Positions 24,463-32,380 of a stretch of DNA of 43,604 nt are shown piece after piece. Both the position numbers and the translations under genes were made by a program. The stretch is from positions 1-43,604 of the forward strand of contig JAYVTW010000079.1 of assembly GCA_043788445.1 (NCBI GenBank), written 5' to 3'. This DNA comes from Methylophilaceae bacterium. GTDB taxonomy: Bacteria; Pseudomonadota; Gammaproteobacteria; Burkholderiales; Methylophilaceae. Below the pieces are notes generated by a model. It had not been told where the DNA came from and made no database searches. It was given only the letters and a program-made list of their open reading frames with translations. Each line of letters starts with the position of its first letter. Within the stretch, counting starts at the first letter, position 1.

Positions 24463-24764
24463 TTTGCTTACCAAGTTTGTATAGATACTTACTAAAATTA
24501 GAGAGAATTATAACCTCAAAAATACTGAATCTTGCTTTAGGCGAATGTGATTGAAATGCGCTAAATTATAGCTATTAAATTATCAGAGAAAATTTGAGTA
24601 GCGAGTATCCTTTACACTGCCATTGAGCCAATCCCTAAAGTAGTAATGGGCAAGTTATGTTTTACCTGAGTTATCTCAGTACCAACTACAAGCAAAATGT
24701 GATTTATTGGGTGAAACTACTATGCCGCTAAAATGGATTGAAGTAGGTGGTTATAGGCAACTCG

Positions 24765-25316
24765 TTATCTACGGTTGTGGCGACCTCCACGCCAATAAAG
24801 CGAATAGCCAAACCCATAAGGTGCATATCCATAAGGACCAAAGTCATATGGATAAAACCCATATCCCTGCCAAAACGGATCATAAAATCTATTATAAGTA
24901 CGACGCTCTAACTCTTGCTGACGGCGAAGTTCTTGTTGCGCTTCTACCTTAGCTTTTTCACGCTTATTTATCTCATCGGCAATTGCATTCTGCTTGGCCG
25001 CTTCATTACTGGTGTGAATGTAATCTAATACTTTTGCATCCACACCTTTTTTGCTTAACGCCAAGGTTTGTGTGGGCATTAATTCATAGCTTGAATGACT
25101 AGCGTTAATTTTCTTAATAATTTCATTAGCATTAACGCCTTCTTGTGACAGCGTTACTATTTCATCAAAACTCAAATTAGCAACTGGCTGCGGCAGTATT
25201 TTAGCTAATTGCTCAGGGGTAATACGCTCAATATTGGCTTGACTGCCATTAGTTGCACACCCTGCCATCAACAACATAACACCAATAGTCAAAATACCTG
25301 CAATACTCGTTTTCAT
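24765..25316 (-). CDS. lipoprotein with duplicated helical motif and Tyr/Gly/Phe/Pro-rich C-terminal tail
   Basis: Lipobox LLMAGC. Internal repeat LSQEGVNANEIIKKINAS / LSKKGVDAKVLDYIHTS. A charged coiled segment, then the tail YDPFWQGYGFYPYDFGPYGYAPYGFGYSLYWRGGRHNRR. Confidence 0.7.
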   Translation of the reverse strand: MKTSIAGILTIGVMLLMAGCATNGSQANIERITPEQLAKILPQPVANLSFDEIVTLSQEGVNANEIIKKINASHSSYELMPTQTLALSKKGVDAKVLDYIHTSNEAAKQNAIADEINKREKAKVEAQQELRRQQELERRTYNRFYDPFWQGYGFYPYDFGPYGYAPYGFGYSLYWRGGRHNRR

Positions 25317-25323
25317 GACGTTC

Positions 25324-26047
25324 TCACTCTCGAATAGTCATTGCCTTTTTAATTAATGGCGATGAGCATGTAATCGTTACATTAAATGGATGTCTTTTTA
25401 TTTGGTGTAAATACATCACTTTATACACATAATCTTTGGGTTTCTTTATAAGGGGAAATAACTTTGTAGCGGTCTACCTCACCCTCGCCCAAGTTATACG
25501 CAGCAATTACCAAAGTAACATCGCCACGACAATAAGATAACAACCAAAGTAAATAGCCCACATCGCGCTTAATATTTTGGTTACATAAAACACTCTGCTT
25601 TGACTGGCATTAGCTGCTTTAAAGCTTATCCATAAGAATTTGACTTAGCATTTATCTTAAAGTTTGATTCTGCCGTAATAAATAATAGAGAGCACTTATC
25701 TGGAATTAACCTGATACCAATCTGAAATCGTCTCAACCAAATTCACTATCCAGCGTTTATTTTTTGGAAACCTATTGATATAACGATTAATAGCTAAGTT
25801 TTGTTGACCTACTAATACCTCCCTAAATAAAGCTTTTTTAATGTGACGGCTGACAATACACAACATGGCAAATCTGTTGAACTGATCTAAACGGTATCCA
25901 ACATTTTTTGGGCTCTTGCGTCACTTTATGAAGAAGCAACAGCATATAAAGAGGCCGCTAAATCTCTACTTTTAGTTATGTCGCGTCAAAATGCGCAAAA
26001 TGGTTAATAGAACGCATGACTACCATAATGAATAGTTTGATAGCCAT
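25324..26047 (-). pseudogene. decayed SLT-domain (GH23, MltD-like) lytic transglycosylase
   Basis: Minus-strand translation in shifting frames gives MAIKLFIMVVM..(stop), ..AINRYINRFPKNKRWIVNLVETISDWYQ..(stop/shift), IPDKCSLLFITAESNFKINAKSNSYG(TAA)ALKQLMPVKAE and DVTLVIAAYNLGEGEVDRYKVISPYKETQ(shift)DYVYKV. The catalytic E-S, GLxQLMP-like and AYNxG motifs all appear in the expected order but are interrupted. Confidence 0.7.
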
Positions 26048-26090
26048 AGTTCTTACAGCGTTCTTTTTCAAATTAACCAATTACCTAGAA

Positions 26091-28676
26091 TTACTTCTTA
26101 CCAAAAACCATTTTATTGGCTTTGTAATCGACTGTGACTGTATCTTTTGCCACAAAATTCCCACTTAAAATTTCTCGTGCTAATGGATTTTCGATTTCGC
26201 TTTGAATGGCACGTTTAAGTGGGCGCGCTCCGTATACTGGGTCAAAGCCCGCATTAGCAATTTCACTTAATGCCGCATCTGTTACCTCTAAACACATATC
26301 CATAGCGCCTAAACGCTCAGATAAATAACGCAACTGTATAGATGCAATCGATTTAATATGACTGTCTCCAAGCGCATGAAATACTACAACCTCATCAATA
26401 CGATTGACAAACTCTGGACGGAAATTGGCCTTCACTTCACCCATCACCGCAAGTTTTACAACTTGGTAATCATCACCACTCATGCTTTGTATCATTTGGC
26501 TACCAAGATTAGAAGTCATGATAATTACCGTGTTTTTAAAATCTACCGTACGTCCCTGACCATCGGTAAGACGACCATCATCTAACACTTGCAATAGTAC
26601 GTTAAATACATCTGGATGCGCTTTTTCAATTTCATCCAGTAAAATCACACTGTAAGGTTTACGGCGCACAGCTTCTGTTAATGCGCCACCTTCTTCATAG
26701 CCTACATAGCCTGGTGGCGCACCAATCATGCGAGATACTGAATGTTTTTCCATATACTCACTCATGTCAATGCGAATTAAATGGTCTTCTGAATCGAACA
26801 AAAATCCCGCCAATGCTTTACATAATTCAGTTTTTCCAACACCAGTAGGGCCGAGGAATAAAAAACTGCCGTAGGGGCGATTAGGGTCAGATAAGCCAGA
26901 TCGAGAACGGCGTATTGCATCTGAAACCAAGCGCACTGCCTCATCTTGGCCAATGACACGCTCGTGCAATTTATCCTCCATATGCAGTAGTTTTTCACGC
27001 TCACCTTGCATCATTTTTGAAACAGGAATGCCAGTCGCTCGGCTAACCACTTCAGCAATTTCGTCAGCACCTACTTCCGTACGCAACATTTTATGTTTGG
27101 TTTTAGCAACATTTTCTTCAGAATTAGCCGCATGTTTTAATTGAGCTTCTAATTCCGGTAGTTTGCCATATTGCAATTCTGATACCTGTTGCCAGTTACC
27201 AGAGCGCGTAGCTTCTTCCATCTCAAATTTAACTTGTTCTATGGTTTCTTTAATGTGTGCTGCACCTTGTACTTGGGCTTTTTCAGATTTCCAAATCTCT
27301 TCTAAATCGGCATATTCTTTCGCCAACTTCTCGATCTCTTCTTCTATCAAGTCAAAGCGTTTTCTACTGCCTTCATCTTTTTCACGGCGCACAGCTTCAC
27401 GTTCAATCTTGAGCTGAATCAACCTGCGGTCTAGTTTATCCATTACCTCTGGCTTGCTATCAATTTCCATTTTGATACGGCTAGCCGCTTCATCAATGAG
27501 GTCAATCGCTTTGTCGGGTAAAAAGCGATCGGTAATGTAGCGATGTGATAGCTCTGCCGCTGCAACAATCGCGGGGTCGGTAATTTCTACGCCATGATGT
27601 AGTTCGTATTTTTCTTGTAAGCCGCGCAATATGGCAATGGTTGCTTCTACTGTAGGCTCATTCACCAATACTTTTTGAAAACGGCGTTCTAGCGCAGCAT
27701 CTTTTTCAATATATTTACGATATTCATCCAAAGTAGTAGCGCCTACACAATGTAACTCACCACGCGCCAAAGCAGGTTTAAGCATATTTCCGGCATCCAT
27801 TGCACCTTCTGTTTTACCTGCACCCACCATGGTATGTATTTCATCAATAAATAAAATTGTTTGACCATCGTCTTGCGATAACTCTTTTAATACAGACTTT
27901 AAACGCTCTTCAAAATCACCACGATATTTGGCACCCGCAAGCAATGACGCCATATCTAGTGAAAGCACTTTTTTGTTTTTAAGCGATTCCGGCACTTCGC
28001 CATTGACAATACGTTGCGCCAAACCTTCAACAATTGCGGTTTTACCCACACCAGGCTCACCAATTAACACGGGATTATTTTTTGTGCGGCGCTGCAATAC
28101 TTGAATCGCACGGCGGATTTCATCATCGCGGCCTATCACAGGGTCTAACTTACCCATACGTGCAAACTCAGTTAAGTCGACTGTATATTTTTTAAGCGAT
28201 TCGCGGTTAGCTTCGCCCTCTTGTGAATTGACTTGCTCGCCACCCCTTACTTGCGTAATCGCCATTTCTAAGGCAGCTTTAGTGAGGCCATTAGCTTTGA
28301 GTAATTTTCCGCAAACGCCTTTGTCATCAGCTAAAGCTAATAAAAATAATTCACTAGCGATATAACTATCGTTTCGCTTTTGCGCCAGTTTATCGGTGAT
28401 ATTAAGTAAATTATTCAAATCACGAGAAATAGACACTTCCCCCTCGCTAGAAGATACTTTAGGTAGATTGTGTAAAGTGCTTTGTAACGATGTTTTTAGT
28501 GGCGCGAGATTAGTGCCAGCGTGTGCCAATAACGATGCCGTGCTTCCATCTTCTTGGTTAAGTAGGGCGCTTAATAGATGCTGTGGCTCTATGTTGGCGT
28601 TATCTAGGCCCACTGCAATACTTTGCGCATCAGATAAAGCTTGTTGAAATTTAGTCGTAAGTTTGTCGAAGCGCAT
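26091..28676 (-). CDS. clpB: ATP-dependent disaggregase ClpB
   Basis: Two AAA+ Walker A sites ([16 protein letters not shown]) and a long middle coiled coil. The start MRFDKLT aligns with E. coli MRLDRLT. Confidence 0.97.
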   Translation of the reverse strand: MRFDKLTTKFQQALSDAQSIAVGLDNANIEPQHLLSALLNQEDGSTASLLAHAGTNLAPLKTSLQSTLHNLPKVSSSEGEVSISRDLNNLLNITDKLAQKRNDSYIASELFLLALADDKGVCGKLLKANGLTKAALEMAITQVRGGEQVNSQEGEANRESLKKYTVDLTEFARMGKLDPVIGRDDEIRRAIQVLQRRTKNNPVLIGEPGVGKTAIVEGLAQRIVNGEVPESLKNKKVLSLDMASLLAGAKYRGDFEERLKSVLKELSQDDGQTILFIDEIHTMVGAGKTEGAMDAGNMLKPALARGELHCVGATTLDEYRKYIEKDAALERRFQKVLVNEPTVEATIAILRGLQEKYELHHGVEITDPAIVAAAELSHRYITDRFLPDKAIDLIDEAASRIKMEIDSKPEVMDKLDRRLIQLKIEREAVRREKDEGSRKRFDLIEEEIEKLAKEYADLEEIWKSEKAQVQGAAHIKETIEQVKFEMEEATRSGNWQQVSELQYGKLPELEAQLKHAANSEENVAKTKHKMLRTEVGADEIAEVVSRATGIPVSKMMQGEREKLLHMEDKLHERVIGQDEAVRLVSDAIRRSRSGLSDPNRPYGSFLFLGPTGVGKTELCKALAGFLFDSEDHLIRIDMSEYMEKHSVSRMIGAPPGYVGYEEGGALTEAVRRKPYSVILLDEIEKAHPDVFNVLLQVLDDGRLTDGQGRTVDFKNTVIIMTSNLGSQMIQSMSGDDYQVVKLAVMGEVKANFRPEFVNRIDEVVVFHALGDSHIKSIASIQLRYLSERLGAMDMCLEVTDAALSEIANAGFDPVYGARPLKRAIQSEIENPLAREILSGNFVAKDTVTVDYKANKMVFGKK

Positions 28677-28707
28677 GCTAGCCTCCATCTTGTTAATCTT
28701 AAATTTT

Positions 28708-28735
28708 ATATGGGGCTAACAGCTAAGTTTTCAAT
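28708..28735 (-). promoter_or_regulatory. sigma-32 (heat-shock) type promoter of clpB
   Basis: The minus strand reads aTTGAAA-13 nt-CCCCATAT, against the consensus CTTGAAA-N13-15-CCCCATnT. The -10 element ends about 32 nt upstream of the clpB ATG. Confidence 0.7.
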
Positions 28736-29333
28736 GTTGCGATATATCCATCCAACTTCGCCCCTCATCTTCAGACACTATTTGCTGATAACCACCATCT
28801 GAAGTCTTCCAGCTCAATGATAGTAAATTTAACTGCTGTTCAAAGTGTAAATCTCGCGCATCGTTTACTTTAATCTTTCTTGGTACGCTAGATACCCATG
28901 CTACACCATCCATACGTGCGTAATAAATCGCTTGATTATCGGCCCATGCTAAATGCCAGCCCCATTGCTCTTTATCGTTTACACCTTGGCTAATAGCTAA
29001 AGTTTGAAAATGACAACTTGATTCTTTGCGCTTATCGTCAACAGGTAAGCTAAAAGTAACGCGATGCTTTACCTCACCTATTAAAATGGCTAAATCCGAA
29101 GCGCTATCAGCAAAACTGGTTTCAGTAAAACTAACAAGCGGCGGCACCTTCATTGGAACTCTAACAATCAGACAGCTAGGTTCTGACGCAAGCTTAGTCT
29201 CAGCCACCGCATTGACATAAAAGAAAAGTGCCAATAGTTGCAAAAAAGTACTAAGTGCTGCCCTGATTATGTTGGCACTTAAAATACTCATCATTAAAAT
29301 GATGAGTTTATATAGGGATAATAATTTAATCAC
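28731..29333 (-). CDS. hypothetical exported protein with one Asp-box (BNR-like) motif
   Basis: Hydrophobic N-terminus (...LLALFFYVNAVA). C-terminal SEDEGRSW fits the SxDxGxxW Asp-box. The start is uncertain: GTG at 29333 or ATGATG at 29289-29294. Confidence 0.5.
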   Translation of the reverse strand: MIKLLSLYKLIILMMSILSANIIRAALSTFLQLLALFFYVNAVAETKLASEPSCLIVRVPMKVPPLVSFTETSFADSASDLAILIGEVKHRVTFSLPVDDKRKESSCHFQTLAISQGVNDKEQWGWHLAWADNQAIYYARMDGVAWVSSVPRKIKVNDARDLHFEQQLNLLSLSWKTSDGGYQQIVSEDEGRSWMDISQH

Positions 29334-29604
29334 TTCTTAATGTAACACCACAATTGTTAAAATGCGCGACAAAATATTTCTGATCTATTATTATAACTTG
29401 AAAATATTTTACAAAATTATAGTAGTTTTGTTACTAATGCTATGTTTACAGTTTGAAGCCTTGACTGTTGCTTTAAGCTTGGTTTACTGCAATGTGAAGA
29501 CGATCATTAAGATAAAACCAATTAACATAATGCCATTTAGTAATTATGCCGTTTCACATGGTATCGTCATAATGTGACACAAATCCAATATAAGCAGAAC
29601 TATC

Positions 29605-30585
29605 TTAAAATTGCGAACTCAACCCAAATACAACTGACCAATTGGCGCTAAGTTGTGCACCATTCACATATTGATAAATAGGTTTTTGAATAAAGCCGTA
29701 GATTTGTGCACCGATTGCAAGTCGATAGCTAAAACCTGGGCTTAAGTTGACTGAATGGCCACCAGAGTCTGCCGGGTCTGCATTTGCACCAGAGTGTTTG
29801 TCTTTATGTTGTAGATTAAGTTGTAGTAATAAACTGAGGTCTGGTGTCGCCTGATAACTTATAACAGTATCTAAGCCAAGTTTAGTTCCAGGCTTGTAGT
29901 CATCACGCTCATGTACCACTTTTTGCCACATGCCTTGCACAAACCAGCTAAATATACCGTGATGTTGATTGTAATAAACTCCCATAGCATATCGGTGCTG
30001 CCGGTACTAGGTTGTAGTGTACGCTCTGCATCTTCTTCAAGATTATGCTTATTGATGCTACCTGTCGGTAGTTTAAGCCCGAAACGGATACCTGCATTAC
30101 TGACACCATCGCTAAAAACGTTATACCTAGCCAACGCTTTTATATCAGACAAACCAGAAAAATCCCATTTTCAACTTTAGGTTCTGTACCCCCAAGACGT
30201 CAACCGCATTAAACACATGTTGATGTGCACGATTAACAAACGGTACGTACAAAGTTAACCCCCAATCTTGATTAATATTCCAATCTAAAGTGCTGACGAT
30301 ATTACGATTTAAAGTGCTGACGATATTACGATTTAAAGTACGCATTTCATCATGTTCGCCCACCTTACCAGCTGGAGCCACATTTTCAGTTCCATGGCGC
30401 AATTGATCTAAATCAATAAATTCAGTATGTATATCTAAGCGAAACCCTGGCTTTAGCCAAGAACCTTGAACGCCCGAATCGGTATTTAAACTACAGAAAG
30501 CTCCGCCGCAACTCGCATTTGCAGCTGGATTAAGCGAAAAAAATGTAACCGCAACGATAAAAGCTATATACAAATTAAATTGCAT
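29605..30585 (-). pseudogene. frameshifted outer-membrane beta-barrel protein (MetA-pathway/phenol-degradation-like transporter family, from memory)
   Basis: Three consecutive minus-strand ORFs in three frames (30585-30145, 30152-29871, 29985-29605) join into one protein. It has signal peptide MQFNLYIAFIVAVTFFSLNPAANA, then SCGGAFCSLNTD, ...KWDFSGLSDIKALARY..GLKLPTGS..ERTLQPSTGSTD..GVYYNQ... and a terminal ...GLSSQF (C-terminal Phe). AAGGA RBS before the ATG at 30583-30585. Confidence 0.7.
30287..30334. repeat. perfect 24-bp tandem duplication (2 copies) inside the OMP pseudogene
   Basis: AAAGTGCTGACGATATTACGATTT occurs twice back to back. It is in frame and duplicates LNRNIVST. Confidence 0.95.
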
Positions 30586-30702
30586 TTCTAAATCCTTCGT
30601 ATTTACTATAGAGCTACTGACCCAAATCATAATCGAGTAAAACTCACAAAATGTTTTTTGACCAATAGCAAAAGCTAGTGACATTAAAATTGAATGTTAA
30701 AA

Positions 30703-31125
30703 CTAGTAAATAGAAAATACAGGCGGGGCTTGAGAGGGACTTGCACGTTGGTAAACGCGCGTGATGAGTAGTGAATCGTAAACTGACGTAAGTTGATAAG
30801 CATTAAGCTCTGCAACATACGAAATATTACTTAGATTTAATGGTATAGTACCATCAATGTGACTGGTACAAAATGGACAATGTTCAAAATGCATATCCAT
30901 CTTACTTGATATAGGTGCGGACTCACTCTCCTGTTGCTTGATAGTTATAGCAGTAGTTAATTAAATGCCCTTGGTAGTCAATATTTGCAATACAACTATC
31001 TTTTTTGCGTTATCAGCAGAACAAATTTCCTGAAAAAAATTAGGATTGCTGTGTGACGCTAAAGCATAAGAAACGGTAGGCTCGAGCTGTGCAAAGATAA
31101 ACGCCAATAAGCTTATTTTACGCAT
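30703..31125 (-). pseudogene. DUF2946-like Cys-motif protein interrupted by a single in-frame TAA
   Basis: ORFs 31197-30961 and 30900-30703 are in the same frame, separated only by the TAA at 30961-30963. Joined they read MRKISLLAFIFAQLEPTVSYALAS..FFQEICSADNAKK..(TAA)..HFEHCPFCTSH...SQAPP. An alternative ATG lies at 31150-31152. Confidence 0.55.
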
Positions 31126-31200
31126 TACTTGCTGGAGGCTACGCAAAAACATGAGCAACTTTGTAGTGCAAATGTGTGGATTATTCAAGCGTAGCAATAT

Positions 31201-31332
31201 TCACTTTAAACCAATCAACTGCATAAATAACCGAAGTAAGTATGCTACAAGTCCCAGCGCCAACACACTTGACAGCCATAATAGCATTAACCAGCCGACG
31301 CGGCTAAACCAGAGTTTGGCGGATTGTTTCAT
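31201..31332 (-). CDS. small membrane protein, DUF2474-like, cyd-associated
   Basis: 43 aa, MKQSAKLWFSRVGWLMLLWLSSVLALGLVAYLLRLFMQLIGLK, with one TM helix. It starts 4 nt after the cydB stop. The longer track ORF would overlap cydB. Confidence 0.6.
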   Translation of the reverse strand: MKQSAKLWFSRVGWLMLLWLSSVLALGLVAYLLRLFMQLIGLK

Positions 31333-31336
31333 AAGC

Positions 31337-32377
31337 TTAGTGATAGCCATCTTCGGCACGCACTTTGCCACGGAACACATAATATGCATAGCTGGTGTAG
31401 GCTAATATCATTGGTATAATTGCTAATGTACCCCACAAAATAAATACTTGGCTTTCACGTGGCCCGGCGGCTTCCCAAATCGTAATAGACGGAGGAATGA
31501 TATGTGGCCACAAACTAATCCCCAAGCCTATATAACCTAAAAATATAAGACATAATGCATAAATAAATGGGGCTAAATCATTTATGCTTGTGTGGCTAAT
31601 ATCCTCATGAATTTTGATTTTTTTTAATGACCTAATAAACAGAAAAATTGTCGATATAACCAATAATGGCACTGGCGAGAACCAAAACAAATTTGGTAAC
31701 GTAAACCAACGTATAGCAATTGCAGTATGGGTCAGTGGTGTCCAAATACTAATAATGCCAATTACTATTAGAATAATCCATACTAGCGGCAGTCCCAATT
31801 GAAGCATGCGTTTCTGTAATGCTCCTTCTGTTTTCCAAATTAACCAGCAACAACCAAGCAGTGTGTAAGCCACTACTACACCCAAACCGGTAAACAAAGG
31901 AAATGGCGCAAACCAATCAAATGCACCCCCAGTAAAAGTATGTCCTGTCATTTTGATGCCATCAATATAAGCACCTAATGTTACGCCTTGAAAAAAAGCA
32001 GCTACGACTGAACCACCAATGAAAGCTTTATCCCATATATGCCGTTCGTGGTCACGGGCCTTAAACCTAAACTCAAAAGCCACACCACGGAAAATTAAGC
32101 CTAATAACATAAAAATTAATGGCAGATACATCGCGCTAAGAATCACAGAATACGCTAGTGGGAATGCCGCAAACAAACCCGCACCACCCAATACCAGCCA
32201 AGTTTCATTGCCATCCCACACTGGCGCGACCGTATTCATCATCACGTCGCGGTGTTCACGCTCTGGCACCAACAGATAGAGCATGCCAATGCCCAAATCA
32301 AAGCCGTCCATGATGACGTACATCATCACACCAAAAAATATAATCACTGCCCAAACGAAGGATACGTCTAAATGCAT
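31337..32377 (-). CDS. cydB: cytochrome bd-type quinol oxidase subunit II
   Basis: Polytopic membrane protein of 346 aa that begins 3 nt after the cydA stop. N-terminus FFGVMMYVIMDGFDLGIG is typical of CydB. Confidence 0.93.
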   Translation of the reverse strand: MHLDVSFVWAVIIFFGVMMYVIMDGFDLGIGMLYLLVPEREHRDVMMNTVAPVWDGNETWLVLGGAGLFAAFPLAYSVILSAMYLPLIFMLLGLIFRGVAFEFRFKARDHERHIWDKAFIGGSVVAAFFQGVTLGAYIDGIKMTGHTFTGGAFDWFAPFPLFTGLGVVVAYTLLGCCWLIWKTEGALQKRMLQLGLPLVWIILIVIGIISIWTPLTHTAIAIRWFTLPNLFWFSPVPLLVISTIFLFIRSLKKIKIHEDISHTSINDLAPFIYALCLIFLGYIGLGISLWPHIIPPSITIWEAAGPRESQVFILWGTLAIIPMILAYTSYAYYVFRGKVRAEDGYH

Positions 32378-32380
32378 AGC

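Noticed and set aside
24475-24764. Possible TPP (THI-box) riboswitch upstream of the YjbQ-family gene, prompted by a CUGAGA-containing hairpin (about 24668-24686, minus strand).
   Set aside because: The rest of the THI-box (the GGGG-containing P1/P2 and the ACCUGAUCUGGAUAAUGCCAGCG core) is absent. Only a 5-bp stem is present.
24707-24952. Plus-strand ORF of 81 aa.
   Set aside because: It lies antisense to the Tyr/Gly-rich tail of the lipoprotein gene. Its His/Lys-rich sequence is simply the complement of the repetitive codons.
28221-28262. Possible internal translation start in clpB producing a short ClpB isoform, as in E. coli (internal GTG at Val149).
   Set aside because: The equivalent Val in ..RGGEQVNSQ.. 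is encoded by GTC, which is not a start codon. No nearby in-frame ATG/GTG with an RBS was seen.
29362-29577. 71-aa plus-strand ORF in the AT-rich gap between the Asp-box gene and the OMP pseudogene.
   Set aside because: Ile/Leu/Tyr/Lys-rich composition is expected from random AT-rich sequence. It has no RBS and no motif.
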